DNA of 64,000 nt from Cyclobacteriaceae bacterium (GCA_031430395.1 JANPBK010000073.1:15099-79098), one strand, 5' to 3'; counted from the first letter of the stretch, positions 49,466 through 61,106 are shown. The notes: a model not told the origin generated them from the letters alone. Numbers and translations are program-made.

Positions 49466-50143
49466 TTAAACAAAAAACATGACAATTGGAATTAAAGCAA
49501 AAAGAGCAGGAACTACGATTGAAAATGTTTTCCCCACAAAGTTTATAACAGGATTATACTTCATATGGTTTATACCGAGCGTTTGGAAAGCGCTCACGAA
49601 TCCGTGCCATAAATGAAAGGCAATAGCCACCATACTGATACAATACAATGCTACATACCAATTCTGCGTAAAGGCAGCTCCCACTACCGTGTAAAGATCT
49701 TTTACTTCTTTCCCATCATAAGTTTTTGTTGGCATATTTCCGAAATGCATTTCCCCCCAAAAGTCTTTCATATGAATAACCAGGAAAACCAAGATGATAG
49801 TCCCTAATATTCCCATATTACGAGAAGACCAAATCGCAGATTTAGAAGTAGTGACCGCATAGCTTACACTACCTCGTGCTTGTCGATTTTTGAACGTGAG
49901 CATCAATGCCCAAGCGATATGAAAAAGGAAGAATGCATAATTTACATACGACACCATTTTGATGAGTGGATTGTGTGTCATGAAGTACGCATACACATTA
50001 AAAGCTTCTCCTCCATCGTCTTTTAATAACTGAAGATTGCCGATCAGGTGAACGGCAAGAAACAGTATGATGAACAGGCCTGTCAGCGCCATCACAACTT
50101 TACGCCCAAGGGAACTAGAGAAAAGATCAATAAGCCATTTCAT
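49466..50143 (-). CDS. sdhC: Succinate dehydrogenase cytochrome b subunit (b558 type)
   Basis: SSLGRKVVMALTG, HLIGNL, FHIAWAL, HMKDFW, FHLWHGFVSAFQTLG; first gene of sdhCAB. Confidence 0.92.
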   Translation of the reverse strand: MKWLIDLFSSSLGRKVVMALTGLFIILFLAVHLIGNLQLLKDDGGEAFNVYAYFMTHNPLIKMVSYVNYAFFLFHIAWALMLTFKNRQARGSVSYAVTTSKSAIWSSRNMGILGTIILVFLVIHMKDFWGEMHFGNMPTKTYDGKEVKDLYTVVGAAFTQNWYVALYCISMVAIAFHLWHGFVSAFQTLGINHMKYNPVINFVGKTFSIVVPALFALIPIVMFFV

Positions 50144-50263
50144 GGAAGAATATTTTGATGCGAACCAAAATTACTCCGCAAAGGATTACTAAACAATTAG
50201 AATCTTTTATAAGATCAAGAGAAACTGACTACAAATTGGACTTGCCATAAGAAGGGTACATAT

Positions 50264-50297
50264 AAAAAAAGGCACCAAACTCGATCGTCTGATGCCT
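50264..50297 (-). terminator. Intrinsic terminator between the small ORF and sdhC
   Basis: Minus strand AGGCATCAGAC-gatcga-GTTTGGTGCCT-TTTTTT (G:U pairs). Confidence 0.75.
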
Positions 50298-50348
50298 CAC
50301 CAACCACCGCCTAGACAGGCTAAACTAATTATGTCTATTTAATTTCAA

Positions 50349-50456
50349 TCAGAGTAGTTCAAATAGTATTACGATTAGTGTAATCGTGACCATCATCACC
50401 AAAAGGAACCATTGCTTTTGGACAAAGAACAATACTCTACTTAACTTGGATTTCAT
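50349..50456 (-). CDS. 35-aa single-TM small protein (not in ORF track)
   Basis: MKSKLSRVLFFVQKQWFLLVMMVTITLIVILFELL*: basic N-terminus plus a ~19-aa hydrophobic helix; strand-specific terminator downstream. Confidence 0.55.
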   Translation of the reverse strand: MKSKLSRVLFFVQKQWFLLVMMVTITLIVILFELL

Positions 50457-50646
50457 ATGATTTAAGTTGAACATGATAGGTATTAGTCCAATAGGATGCC
50501 CAATACATAATATATTGATATACTGCTATTTACATAGATGAACTTGCTGGATTTTGTTACTTATTGGGAAGCGATTCCAAAAATGGGACGGTTGTTGCGT
50601 TGCCCACGATGTCCTACTTTTACAAGCAACAACCACTTGATTATAC

Positions 50647-53600
50647 ATGTATTTAATTTTTGATTCGGAAACCACCGGTCTTCCGAGAAACAAAACTGCG
50701 CCCATTACTGACCTTGATAATTGGCCGCGATTAGTGCAAATCGCCTGGCAACTGCATGATAGAAAAGGCGGTCTTATATCGAATCACAATTATATAGTAC
50801 AACCTGAAGGATTTGACATTCCATTCAAAGCCGAACAAGTTCACGGCATTTCAACCAAAAGAGCCATAGAAGAAGGAGATAGACTGGAGAAGGTATTAGA
50901 AATATTTATTGGAGATCTTACGAATACCAAGGCACTTGTTGGACACAATATTGACTTTGATATTTCTATACTTGGCGCAGAGTTTATAAGAAAGAATATT
51001 TCTCCGGATGCTTTTTTGTCGCTTCCTAAAATAGACACCTGCACGGCATCCATTGACTTTTGTAAACTTCCAGGAGGACCCGGAGGGAGGATGAAAATGC
51101 CGCGACTCACGGAGCTCTATAAAAAGCTCTTTGATCAGGAAATGGCAGATGCCCATGATGCAGCGTATGATGTGGAGGCGACAGCCAAATCATTTTTTGA
51201 ACTGATTCAAAAAAATATCATCAAGCCCATTGATACTACTCTTGTTAATGATATCAAATATGTAACGCCTAATCTTAAAGTCGGCAATGCATCTAAAAGA
51301 GAAAAAACAAAGAAAGTAGATTTCGGTACGGTTGCACATGAAGAACTCATTGTAAATCCTTTCGATCACCTGCACGTACATTCACAATACTCCGTGCTAC
51401 AAGCAGTGCCTGACGTCATCGAGCTAATTGCCAAAGCAAAAGCCGAGAACATGACCGCCATCGCATTAACTGACTTTGGCAATATGTATGGTGCTTTTAA
51501 ATTCGTCAGTGAAGCGCTTAAACATGATATCAAACCGATTGTTGGCTGCGAATTTTTTGTGGCCGAAGAAAGAAAGAAGAATAAGTTTACAAAGGATAAT
51601 CCTGACAAAAGATTTTCGCAGGTACTTTTAGCGAAAAATAAAAATGGATATCAAAATCTAGCTAAGCTAAGCTCCTTAGGTTTTACGGAAGGACTCTATG
51701 GGATTCACCCTCGCATTGACAAAGAATTAATTATTCAATATAAAGCAGATTTAATAGCAACGACAGGAAGTTTGAGTAGCGAAATTGCTTATCTCATCCT
51801 TCACGTGGGTGAAAAACAGGCAGAAGAAGTATTTTGCTGGTGGGTACAATTATTTGGCGATGACTTCTATGTAGAGTTAAATCGCCACGATATGCGCGAA
51901 GAGGATCGTGTGAATGAGACCTTACTTAAGTTTGCCAAGAAACATAATGTCAAATATTTCGCAGCTAACGAGTGCTTCTACCTGGAAAAGGAAGAATCCA
52001 ATGCACACGATGTATTGCTTTGTATCAAAGAAGGTGAATTCCAATCTACTCCAATCGGGACTGGCAGAGGTACACGTTACGGATTGCCCAACAATCAATT
52101 CTATTTCAAATCACAGCATGAGATGAAATCGCTTTTTCGAGATTTGCCGGAGGCCATTGAAACAATCAGTGAAATTGTTGCTAAAGTGGAGAGGTATGAA
52201 TTAAAACGTGATGTACTACTACCCAAATTTGTTATCCCAAAAGAATTTAGCTCAGAAGATGACTACTTAAAATATCTCGCCTTCGAAGGAGCAAAAAAGA
52301 GATATCCTGAATTGACTTCAGAAATTAAAGAGCGCCTTGATTTTGAATTGGAGACGATCAAAAAAACGGGGTATCCCGGCTACTTTTTAATTGTGCAGGA
52401 CTTCACCTCAAAAGCACGTGAGATGGGCGTCTCGGTCGGCCCCGGTCGTGGGTCTGCCGCAGGCTCGGCTGTTGCATATTGCATTGGTATTACCAATGTC
52501 GATCCCATCGTTTATGATTTACTTTTTGAAAGATTCCTAAATCCGGATCGGGTATCGTTGCCGGATATTGATATTGATTTTGATGATGAAGGACGGGATA
52601 AAGTATTAAAATATGTCATCGAAAAATACGGACACAATCAAGTAGCACAAATTATCACTTATGGCACAATGGCCGCCAAGTCTTCTATCCGCGATTGTGC
52701 ACGTGTGATGGAACTTCCCCTGACGGATGCTAATAACATGGCGAAATTAGTTCCTGAACGTCCGGGCACGACATTGGCAAAAGCATTTGAGGAAGTCAAA
52801 GAGTTAAGCGAGTTAAGAAAGGGAACGGATCTAAAAGCACAAGTCCTAAAGCAAGCCGTAGTATTAGAAGGGTCACTTCGAAATACCGGAACACATGCCT
52901 GTGGGGTAATTATCACTCCCGATGACCTCACCAAATTTGTACCTGTTTCAACTGCCAAAGACTCTGATATGCTGGTTACCCAGTTTGATAATAGCGTGGT
53001 AGAGAATGCAGGAATGCTAAAGATGGACTTTTTGGGATTGACTACCCTGACCATCATTACAACAGCCCTCAAGAATATTAAAAAGAGAAAAGGAATTGAT
53101 ATTGTGATAGATGACATTCCGCTTACTGATTTAAAAACCTATCAATTATACCAACGGGGAGAAACAACCGGAACTTTTCAATTTGAGTCGGACGGAATGC
53201 AAAGTTATTTGCGTGGCTTGAAGCCTGATAAATTTGAAGACCTCATTGCCATGAATGCATTGTATCGTCCAGGTCCAATGGAATACATCCCCAATTTTAT
53301 CGCACGCAAAAATGGGCGGGAAGCCATCAAATACGATTTACCAGAGATGGAAGAATACTTGAAAGACACCTACGGGATTACGGTCTATCAAGAGCAGGTG
53401 ATGTTGCTTTCACAGAAACTCGCCAACTTTTCAAAAGGTGATGCTGACGTTTTGAGAAAGGCCATGGGCAAGAAACAAAAAGATGTGCTCGATAAGATGA
53501 AGAGCAAATTCATTGAAGGTTGTAAAAAGAACAATCACGATGAGCGCATTGCCGAAAAAATTTGGAAAGATTGGGAAGCCTTTGCTCAATATGCATTTAA

Positions 53601-54933
53601 CAAATCACACTCTACATGCTATTCGCTCATTGCCTATCATACCGCTTACTTAAAAGCCAACTTCCCTGCGGAATATATGTCTGCTGTGCTCACTCACTCA
53701 CAAAATAATCTGGATAGCGTTACCTATTTTATTGAGGCATGCCGTAAACAGAACATTGAAGTGTTGGGACCGCATGTGAATGAGTCCGGGGTATATTTTG
53801 AAGTAAATAAAGATGGACAAATTCGTTTCGGACTAGGTGCTATAAAAGGTGCCGGAGATGCAGCCGTTGAAGCAATTATTGAGGAGCGCAATGCGCACGG
53901 CCCCTATAAAGATCTCTTTGAATTTGCCAAGCGACTTAATCAGCGCACCGTAAACAAAAAAACATTTGAGTGTTTAGCGCTATCTGGAGGGTTTGATTGT
54001 TTTACCGAATATCATCGCAGGCAATACATTGCAGCCAAAGAGGGAGATATTACGCTGACAGAAAAAGTGATTAAGTACTCGGCTAAAATGCAGCAAGAAT
54101 CACAGAGTGCACAAGCGAGTCTTTTTGGAAACTCAACAGGTACCCAAATGCCACTCCCGAAAGTAGATCCCATAGAACCTTTTAGTGAAATTGAAAAACT
54201 ACATTTCGAAAAAGAAGTGGTAGGGGTTTATATTTCCGGGCATCCTTTAGACAACTTTAAATTTGAGATGGAAACATTCTGTAATACCCCCGTTGCCGGA
54301 CTTGTTGAGCTAGATGGCAACGATGGTAAGGAATGTAAACTTGGAGGAATCGTAGCATCTGTGGAGCATAGAATGACTAAAACGGGCAGACCGTTTGGAA
54401 AATTATTTTTAGAAGATTATAGTGGAAAAGGAGAGATTGTCTTATGGAGTGATGACTATCTTAAATTTAAATCATTCTTAATGCCCGGTCTCTTTTTATT
54501 TATTGAAGGCATTATAGCAAGAAAGCCATGGGGTGACCAAAGTCTGGAATTCAAAATCAAGAATATTGATTTATTGAATGAACTATCTGCCAAACGTGTA
54601 CAAGGTCTTGCGCTTCGCTTTGCCGCGCAAGCAGTCAACGCGGATTTCATAGATTCATTGGAAAAGCTATGCAAGAAAAACTCCGGCACTGCTGCTTTAA
54701 GAATGTACTTAACAGACGATTTCAGTCCTTTACAATCTGAGTTGCTCGCGCGATCCAGTCGCATTAAGCCAAGCAATCAATTCATCAACGAATTACAAAA
54801 ACTAGCTGAAGTAGGCGTGGTGACTGATCGACAAGACGTCCGGTGGTTATCAGAGCAGGCATCAAAAACAAATCAAAAACCGGAAGTTGGAACATTTTCT
54901 CCTACCTTTGTGTTGGATCCTATAGAAACATAA
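50647..54933 (+). CDS. dnaE: DNA polymerase III alpha subunit with N-terminal DEDDh 3'-5' exonuclease
   Basis: Exo motifs FDSETTG, GHNIDFD, HDAAYD; [12 protein letters not shown]; [10 protein letters not shown]; polymerase PDIDIDFD; KMDFLGL; AFNKSH; OB fold. Confidence 0.96.
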   Translation: MYLIFDSETTGLPRNKTAPITDLDNWPRLVQIAWQLHDRKGGLISNHNYIVQPEGFDIPFKAEQVHGISTKRAIEEGDRLEKVLEIFIGDLTNTKALVGHNIDFDISILGAEFIRKNISPDAFLSLPKIDTCTASIDFCKLPGGPGGRMKMPRLTELYKKLFDQEMADAHDAAYDVEATAKSFFELIQKNIIKPIDTTLVNDIKYVTPNLKVGNASKREKTKKVDFGTVAHEELIVNPFDHLHVHSQYSVLQAVPDVIELIAKAKAENMTAIALTDFGNMYGAFKFVSEALKHDIKPIVGCEFFVAEERKKNKFTKDNPDKRFSQVLLAKNKNGYQNLAKLSSLGFTEGLYGIHPRIDKELIIQYKADLIATTGSLSSEIAYLILHVGEKQAEEVFCWWVQLFGDDFYVELNRHDMREEDRVNETLLKFAKKHNVKYFAANECFYLEKEESNAHDVLLCIKEGEFQSTPIGTGRGTRYGLPNNQFYFKSQHEMKSLFRDLPEAIETISEIVAKVERYELKRDVLLPKFVIPKEFSSEDDYLKYLAFEGAKKRYPELTSEIKERLDFELETIKKTGYPGYFLIVQDFTSKAREMGVSVGPGRGSAAGSAVAYCIGITNVDPIVYDLLFERFLNPDRVSLPDIDIDFDDEGRDKVLKYVIEKYGHNQVAQIITYGTMAAKSSIRDCARVMELPLTDANNMAKLVPERPGTTLAKAFEEVKELSELRKGTDLKAQVLKQAVVLEGSLRNTGTHACGVIITPDDLTKFVPVSTAKDSDMLVTQFDNSVVENAGMLKMDFLGLTTLTIITTALKNIKKRKGIDIVIDDIPLTDLKTYQLYQRGETTGTFQFESDGMQSYLRGLKPDKFEDLIAMNALYRPGPMEYIPNFIARKNGREAIKYDLPEMEEYLKDTYGITVYQEQVMLLSQKLANFSKGDADVLRKAMGKKQKDVLDKMKSKFIEGCKKNNHDERIAEKIWKDWEAFAQYAFNKSHSTCYSLIAYHTAYLKANFPAEYMSAVLTHSQNNLDSVTYFIEACRKQNIEVLGPHVNESGVYFEVNKDGQIRFGLGAIKGAGDAAVEAIIEERNAHGPYKDLFEFAKRLNQRTVNKKTFECLALSGGFDCFTEYHRRQYIAAKEGDITLTEKVIKYSAKMQQESQSAQASLFGNSTGTQMPLPKVDPIEPFSEIEKLHFEKEVVGVYISGHPLDNFKFEMETFCNTPVAGLVELDGNDGKECKLGGIVASVEHRMTKTGRPFGKLFLEDYSGKGEIVLWSDDYLKFKSFLMPGLFLFIEGIIARKPWGDQSLEFKIKNIDLLNELSAKRVQGLALRFAAQAVNADFIDSLEKLCKKNSGTAALRMYLTDDFSPLQSELLARSSRIKPSNQFINELQKLAEVGVVTDRQDVRWLSEQASKTNQKPEVGTFSPTFVLDPIET

Positions 54934-54949
54934 AACCTCAATAAATATC

Positions 54950-55273
54950 ATGGGAAAAACTTTAGAACTTACTGATGCTACTTTTGACGAAACGCTCAAA
55001 AGCGACATGCCTGTATTAGTCGATTTTTGGGCTGAATGGTGCGGACCATGCAAAATGATCGGCCCTGTAGTAGAAGAATTAGCAGCTGACTATGAAGGTA
55101 AAGCAGTTGTCGCTAAACTGAATGTAGATGAGAATCCGCAGATCACCGCTCGATTTGGAGTTCGCTCTATTCCTACTCTATTAGTATTCAAAAATGGTCA
55201 AATTGTTGACAAGCAAGTGGGTGCTGTGCCAAAGTCTGTGCTTGCTTCCAAGCTAGAAGCACAAGTAGCTTAA
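54950..55273 (+). CDS. trxA: Thioredoxin
   Basis: [11 protein letters not shown]; SIPTL; 16 bp after dnaE. Confidence 0.96.
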   Translation: MGKTLELTDATFDETLKSDMPVLVDFWAEWCGPCKMIGPVVEELAADYEGKAVVAKLNVDENPQITARFGVRSIPTLLVFKNGQIVDKQVGAVPKSVLASKLEAQVA

Positions 55274-55325
55274 CATTCTACTAGTTCCTTCTTATTAACA
55301 GAGAACGGAATTTAAAACCAATATT

Positions 55326-55363
55326 AAAATAGCCTCTGATCCAGATTAGAGGCTATTTTTTTT
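55326..55363 (+). terminator. Terminator after trxA
   Basis: AAAATAGCCTCTGAT-ccag-ATTAGAGGCTATTTTTTTT. Confidence 0.85.
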
Positions 55364-55492
55364 GAAATCAACGATTCGATTCGAAATAAGGTACAATTTT
55401 GATTTTGAATTCTCCCGTTTCCCAAGATTGCCCCTACGATCGTATTTATAACGATTGGGAAATTTTCATTAAATTACCATGAAGTCAATGCG

Positions 55493-56203
55493 ATGGCACA
55501 TACCTTCATTCAAATTGGATTTGCGCTACTAGGGTTAGTATCCATTGGCTTGCTCTACAACGAAATCAGAAAAGCGGTTAACTCCTCTCAAGATCTCATT
55601 AACTCAAGATTCCTACCCATTGCGTCCTTTGGTATCATTGGCTGGGTTCTTTTTGTAAGTATTTGGTCAATTAGTGGGGTGATGGCCGATTTCTCTTTGT
55701 TCCCATTCAATGTGGTCCTTGTGCTGATCATTCCATTTCTTTCCATACTCTACTTTACACTTTCGAAAATCGTAAAAGAAATTCTTTCCCGAATTCCAAT
55801 CGAAAAAATAATTCAACTCAATGCATTCAGACTATTTGTTGAACTCTTGCTGTGGGCATTGTATCTAGAAAATCAAGTTCCCATTCAAATGACATTTGAA
55901 GGAAGAAACTTAGATGTACTCAGTGGACTAAGTGCTCCTGTGATTGCTTTTCTTTACACTAAGGGAAAAATTTCAAAGACCGGTTTAATGGTTTGGAACC
56001 TCCTCTGCTTGGGGTTACTCCTTAACATTGTGCTTACTGCTATTCTTTCAATGCCCACGCCCATTAGAATTTTTATGAACGAGCCCTCCAACACGATTGT
56101 CACACAATTTCCTATATCCTGGTTGCCTGGATTGCTAGTGCCAGTGGCATATGCTTTACATTTCTTTTCAATTCGTCAGTTAAGTATAAAAGGGAATAAA
56201 TAA
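55493..56203 (+). CDS. Conserved hypothetical integral membrane protein (~7 TM)
   Basis: FRLFVELLLW, PIQMTFEGRNLDVLSG, FPISWLPGLLVP..HFFSIRQL. Confidence 0.75.
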   Translation: MAHTFIQIGFALLGLVSIGLLYNEIRKAVNSSQDLINSRFLPIASFGIIGWVLFVSIWSISGVMADFSLFPFNVVLVLIIPFLSILYFTLSKIVKEILSRIPIEKIIQLNAFRLFVELLLWALYLENQVPIQMTFEGRNLDVLSGLSAPVIAFLYTKGKISKTGLMVWNLLCLGLLLNIVLTAILSMPTPIRIFMNEPSNTIVTQFPISWLPGLLVPVAYALHFFSIRQLSIKGNK

Positions 56204-56204
56204 C

Positions 56205-56687
56205 TTATGGAATAGCTTTCATTCGTTCAACCATTTCCAGCACGGCCGGACAGACCAACGTATTTTGATATGTCAACTCCAAAATCTGAACCATTTTTTT
56301 ACGGTTAGTGTGTGGATATTCACGACAAGCTTTTGGTCGGTCACTATATACAGAACAATAGTTATCAGCATCCAAGAAAGGACAGGGCGCAGATTTTAAC
56401 ACATAATCCTTGTCCTCATCAATTTTCAAATATTTTTCTATGAAATCACCGGGCCTCATGCGCAACGATTTAGCCATACGCTCTATATCCGTCTGATAAA
56501 AAATAGGGCTCGTAGTTTTACAACAGTTCGCGCAAGTTAGACAGTCGATTTCCTCAAATACTTGGTCGTGCAGTTGATGAAACATATTATCCACTTTACG
56601 CGCATCCTTATTTTTCAATCGAAGAAGAAATTTTTTATTCTCTACCGCGCGTTGATGAGCATTGGTCTTAAAGGATTTTAAGTCCAT
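56205..56687 (-). CDS. YkgJ family (CxxCxxCC) cysteine-cluster protein
   Basis: CLTCANCC, CPFLD, CSVYSDRPKACREYP. Confidence 0.88.
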   Translation of the reverse strand: MDLKSFKTNAHQRAVENKKFLLRLKNKDARKVDNMFHQLHDQVFEEIDCLTCANCCKTTSPIFYQTDIERMAKSLRMRPGDFIEKYLKIDEDKDYVLKSAPCPFLDADNYCSVYSDRPKACREYPHTNRKKMVQILELTYQNTLVCPAVLEMVERMKAIP

Positions 56688-56689
56688 TG

Positions 56690-59257
56690 CTACGCTGAGT
56701 TTCTGGCCGCATTAATGATTCCGAACATACTTCTGATAATCAGCTTGCGATAGCGAACCTCATACATCTTATTTTGCTCATTTAAATTTCTCAAATTCAT
56801 CAGAGCAAATTGCTGAATAGCAATCAATGGAAGAACGATCCTTTCTCGAAGGTGAACAGATTGCTTGATATTCGGATTATTGCCCATTAACTCGCTCAAT
56901 CCGGAAACAGCTAGAGTCTTTGATTTTGAAAGTTGATATTCTGCATACATTTTTTTCCAAAATTCTCCGAACTCCGGATCCTTGCCTAAATAAATGGTTG
57001 CCTCATAATAGGTTTTTGTCAATGACATCATGCTGTTTCCCAATAACGTGCGAAAAAACAAAGAGCTTTGATACAAATTTTTAAGTTCATCTCCTCTTCC
57101 ATTTTTTTCTAGTGCTTGCATAGCACTACCCACCCCATAAAAACCAGGAATGTTCTGTTTCATCATGGCCCATGAGCCCACGAACGGTATGGCCCGCAAA
57201 TCTTCAAACTTTAATCCTTCGGTAGCACTTCGTTTAACCGGTCTCGATCCAATATTTGTATCGCCAAAGAATGAAAGAGGCGTTACTTTTTCCAGATAGG
57301 GCACAAATTGAGGATGATGTTTCAGGTCTAAGTAGGCTTTGTACCCTTCCTCTGCCAATTCATCTAGCAGTAATTTCGATGCTTCCGTCAATTGATTTTC
57401 ATTCCTCTTAAAAACAACTCCCTCTAGTCCAGCCGAAATCAATTGCTCTAAATTATACTTGCATGAAGCTACCTTTCCAAAATTAGAACTGATGGTTTGA
57501 CCTTGAATAGTAATCTGCACTTCTTCATTTTCAATCGTATCGCCTAAAGAGGCATAGAAGTCATGAGTATTCCCTCCACCCCGAGCAGGTGGACCTCCAC
57601 GACCATCAAAAAAGATTGCCTTTAACCCATATTTACGAGAGACTACACTCAGATTTTCCTTAGCCCGAAAGATCGACCAATTGGCTCGTAAATAGCCACC
57701 ATCTTTGGTTCCATCCGAGTACCCCAACATAATCGTTTGATGATTCCCTCTACTTTCCAGATGTTGACGATACTCCGGAATTGAATACAATTCTTCCATG
57801 ATAGCGGGTGCATGAGCCAAGTCGTCTATCGTTTCAAAAAGAGGAATGATATCCAACTCCAACTTGTGGTCTTTGCCAATGAGCAACTTCGCTAAGACAA
57901 ATACTTCAATTACGTGCAACGCATGCTGACAATTACTGATTACGTAGCGATGGCTTCCTGCAATGCCATTCTCTTTTTGAATTTTATCTATTGCCAAAAT
58001 GCTTTGAATCGTTTCGTTCACTAAATCATCATCGAAATCAACGAAGATCAAATTGGACTTTAGTGATAACAAATAGTTGATTTGGGCTGCGGGGTCTTTC
58101 TTGTCAAATTCATTCCAAGAAATACTATTCCGTTGTCCACTTAATTTTTCTAAAATTGATTTCCAAACCTGATCATGCTTACGGCTATCTTGTCGGATAT
58201 CAAGTGCTGCAAAATGAAATCCGAAAATCTTTACTTTTAAAATAAACGAATCCAACAACTCCAAAAATAAACCATTATGATCTGCGATCAGTTTAGTTCG
58301 GACTTCATTCAACTCTTTTACAAGTTCCATTGAAGTGTTATAATTCCTTTCTTTTCTGAATACTAGTCCATAGATCTTTTGCTCAATCGAAGTAATCCGT
58401 TCACTGGTTCCATGAAAGGTTAATCGTCTGCGGAGTAAACGCGCATCCCGGTAATAACATTTTAAAATTGTTTCCTGAAGTTTGGAAGCTACCTTCAATG
58501 TAATTTCACTGGTAACAAATGGGTTCCCATCGCGGTCTCCACCGGGCCAAAAGCCAATGACAATTAATCGATCATTCTTCCACTCCGATAAATTCAACTC
58601 AATCCCTGATGCTAATGACTGAATTATGGATGGGATAGAATGATAGAAAACATTTTCCAAATACCAGCAGAGGCTAAGTGCCTCGTCATAAGGCGTTGGC
58701 TTATTTTGATTTATGAAACCTGTTTTTCCTAACTGCTGAAGCAATAAGTTGATTTGTGAAAGATCATTCTGTCGGATTGCGTTTTCTAAATCAGTGAGAA
58801 TACCCAAAACATGACCCGGATAAAATTGGGTGGGATGGGCCGTTAAAACGATGCGTAAACTAAATTCCTCCAGTTTGGCCTTTAATTCCTCTGTTTTGCT
58901 TTCATACTTTGTTCGTAACAATAGAGCCGGGACTGTACCCTTGCCATTTAAATCATTGATCTGTTCAAAAGCAGAGTCCTCAATAGAATCAAATAAAGCT
59001 ACCTGTCGCTCGATATACTGGATAAAATTAAATAGCAGGTCAAATTGTTCTTCCTGATTGGCATGGGGTACGAGTTCCTTAAAAAATAAATGAGCTATTT
59101 CATTAGCCGAATCGCCCCGTTGAAAACCATCTATACAATACTGCTGAAGCAAGGGTAACAAATTACCGGTGCGGGATACCGCCCTAAATGGTAGGTTTAG
59201 GAACAGGCTATTATAGATATGATAGCGTGAACCTACACTTTGATCATAATTTGACAT
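56690..59257 (-). CDS. ppc: Phosphoenolpyruvate carboxylase
   Basis: VLTAHPT, WPGGDRDGNP, LDIRQDS, PLFET, MLGYSDGTKDGG, FDGRGG, LRAIPFV, INAARNSA. Confidence 0.95.
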   Translation of the reverse strand: MSNYDQSVGSRYHIYNSLFLNLPFRAVSRTGNLLPLLQQYCIDGFQRGDSANEIAHLFFKELVPHANQEEQFDLLFNFIQYIERQVALFDSIEDSAFEQINDLNGKGTVPALLLRTKYESKTEELKAKLEEFSLRIVLTAHPTQFYPGHVLGILTDLENAIRQNDLSQINLLLQQLGKTGFINQNKPTPYDEALSLCWYLENVFYHSIPSIIQSLASGIELNLSEWKNDRLIVIGFWPGGDRDGNPFVTSEITLKVASKLQETILKCYYRDARLLRRRLTFHGTSERITSIEQKIYGLVFRKERNYNTSMELVKELNEVRTKLIADHNGLFLELLDSFILKVKIFGFHFAALDIRQDSRKHDQVWKSILEKLSGQRNSISWNEFDKKDPAAQINYLLSLKSNLIFVDFDDDLVNETIQSILAIDKIQKENGIAGSHRYVISNCQHALHVIEVFVLAKLLIGKDHKLELDIIPLFETIDDLAHAPAIMEELYSIPEYRQHLESRGNHQTIMLGYSDGTKDGGYLRANWSIFRAKENLSVVSRKYGLKAIFFDGRGGPPARGGGNTHDFYASLGDTIENEEVQITIQGQTISSNFGKVASCKYNLEQLISAGLEGVVFKRNENQLTEASKLLLDELAEEGYKAYLDLKHHPQFVPYLEKVTPLSFFGDTNIGSRPVKRSATEGLKFEDLRAIPFVGSWAMMKQNIPGFYGVGSAMQALEKNGRGDELKNLYQSSLFFRTLLGNSMMSLTKTYYEATIYLGKDPEFGEFWKKMYAEYQLSKSKTLAVSGLSELMGNNPNIKQSVHLRERIVLPLIAIQQFALMNLRNLNEQNKMYEVRYRKLIIRSMFGIINAARNSA

Positions 59258-59359
59258 CTTCTTTTTGACTTGGTTATGCAGCGATTGACAACATACTATC
59301 CTTCACACTTGTACTTCGTTTCAATTTAGCTTAACTTTTCAATCAATATCCAACAGCCT

Positions 59360-59932
59360 ATGAAGAATATCTGCCTGTATGCATTGTTACTTGCATTACT
59401 CACTTCTTGCTTTGGCTATAAGGAATTGCCCGTTGAATACGATTATAGTTACCACGGCAATTTCAAACGATACCGGACATTCAGTATAATGAAACCCCTT
59501 GGTATTGTAGACTCAACCATGACCAATGAAGTAATCGAAAAATCAATCATTTCGAGGATGAAATTTTTAGGATATAAACAATCCACCAATCGCCCCCACT
59601 TGATTGTCGGATTTAAAATGTTTTCAGATAGTTTAAAATTTAACGGCTATAATCAGCCAGCCATCGAAGAATGGGTAAAAAGTCAAGATGAAAGCCTTGG
59701 ATACAACCCAAAAAAGCTAAATATGCAAAGTGGCACTCTATTAATCCAGTTATACGATAGGCGCCAAAACAGATCCGTGTGGCAAGGCTACGCTACCACT
59801 TTATATGGCGGCATTGATTTTAATAACCAACGTCACCTTCGAAATGCCGTTATCTCTATTTTAGATAAGTACCGTTTTTGGGCCGAAGGCTTTGTAGAGG
59901 GACAAAACCAGACAAAAGAGACCGAATTGTAG
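59360..59932 (+). CDS. DUF4136-like lipoprotein
   Basis: Lipobox TS-C; DY...NFKRYRTF; GTLLIQLYD....VWQG. Confidence 0.75.
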   Translation: MKNICLYALLLALLTSCFGYKELPVEYDYSYHGNFKRYRTFSIMKPLGIVDSTMTNEVIEKSIISRMKFLGYKQSTNRPHLIVGFKMFSDSLKFNGYNQPAIEEWVKSQDESLGYNPKKLNMQSGTLLIQLYDRRQNRSVWQGYATTLYGGIDFNNQRHLRNAVISILDKYRFWAEGFVEGQNQTKETEL

Positions 59933-60002
59933 GAGTCTGGGATTAACCTATAAATCATCTAAAAAGGCTCAAAATTCAGTTTTCCCGATTGAAAATTAAT
60001 TT

Positions 60003-60010
60003 TACCTTTG
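60003..60010 (+). promoter_or_regulatory. Bacteroidota -7 promoter element for tRNA-Gln/prs
   Basis: TACCTTTG, 22 nt upstream of the tRNA. Confidence 0.7.
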
Positions 60011-60032
60011 CACACCTTTTTAAGGGATACAT

Positions 60033-60103
60033 TGTCCTATGGTGTAATGGTAACACAGCAGATTTTGATTCTGCTTTTCTAGGTTCGAATCCTAGTAGGA
60101 CAA
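60033..60103 (+). tRNA. tRNA-Gln (anticodon UUG), CCA not encoded
   Basis: TGTCCTA/TAGGACA acceptor stem, GCAGA-TT-TTG-AT-TCTGC anticodon arm, CTAGG-TTCGAAT-CCTAG T-arm. Confidence 0.97.
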
Positions 60104-60147
60104 CTAAAAAAACCGCATCCTAATTTGTGCGTGTTTATAAGTAGAAC

Positions 60148-61077
60148 ATGTCAGTAAAAATCTTTTCCGGGCGCGCCACTACCTATTTGGCAGAAAAAAT
60201 TGCCCATGCATATGGGGAAAGGCTGGGTACTGTAGATTATCAGCAATTCAGCGATGGAGAAATGTCTCCCCTCATCGGAGAGTCAGTACGTGGCCATGAT
60301 GTATTCATAGTGCAATCCACTTTTGCTCCATCTGAGAATTTTATGGAGTTGTTGTTGATGATTGATGCCGCAAAAAGAGCAAGTGCCCTTAACGTCAATG
60401 TGATTATCCCTTACTTTGGCTATGCCCGCCAAGATCGTAAAGACAAACCAAGGGTGGCCATTGCAGCCAAACTAATTGCCAATTTACTTTCTGCCGCAGG
60501 TGCGAACCGCATTATGACCTGCGATCTTCATGCTGATCAAATCCAAGGCTTCTTTGATATACCGGTAGACCACCTTGATGGCAACTATATTTTTGTCCCT
60601 TATTTAAAATCATTGAACCTTCCTAACATTATGTTTGCATCGCCTGATGTAGGAGGAATAAAAAGGGCGCGCAGTTTCGCCAAGTTTTTTAATGCCGAAT
60701 TAGCCGTTTGCGATAAATATCGAAAAGAAGCTAATAAGATTGAATCCATGAGACTGATTGGGGAAGTTGAAGGGAAAGATGTGATTTTAGTGGATGACTT
60801 GGTTGATACGGCCGGCACCATTTGCAAAGCTGCCGCATTACTTAAAGAGAAGGGCGCTAATTCGGTAAGAGCCGTATGCACTCACCCTGTTCTTTCCGGG
60901 AACGCGTACGAAACCATTCAAAACTCTGTCTTAGAAGAAATCGCAGTCTCCGATACGATTCCCCTAAAGCAACTGACTTCTAAGATCAAAGTGCTATCTG
61001 TTTCTGACCTATTCGCGAAAGCAATTCGAAAGATACACGATCACGAATCGATCAGTTCTTTATTCATCCGTTTGTAA
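60148..61077 (+). CDS. prs: Ribose-phosphate pyrophosphokinase
   Basis: FSDGE, PYFGYARQDRK, DLHADQIQGFF, SPDVGG, VDDLVDTAGT. Confidence 0.97.
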   Translation: MSVKIFSGRATTYLAEKIAHAYGERLGTVDYQQFSDGEMSPLIGESVRGHDVFIVQSTFAPSENFMELLLMIDAAKRASALNVNVIIPYFGYARQDRKDKPRVAIAAKLIANLLSAAGANRIMTCDLHADQIQGFFDIPVDHLDGNYIFVPYLKSLNLPNIMFASPDVGGIKRARSFAKFFNAELAVCDKYRKEANKIESMRLIGEVEGKDVILVDDLVDTAGTICKAAALLKEKGANSVRAVCTHPVLSGNAYETIQNSVLEEIAVSDTIPLKQLTSKIKVLSVSDLFAKAIRKIHDHESISSLFIRL

Positions 61078-61106
61078 ACTATTTCAAATTAAACCAATAA
61101 ACAATT

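Noticed and set aside
50590-50634. GGTTGTTGC / GCAACAACC inverted repeat before dnaE
   Set aside because: A single 9-bp pair with a 27-nt gap and no second copy seen; too weak to call an operator or RNA element.
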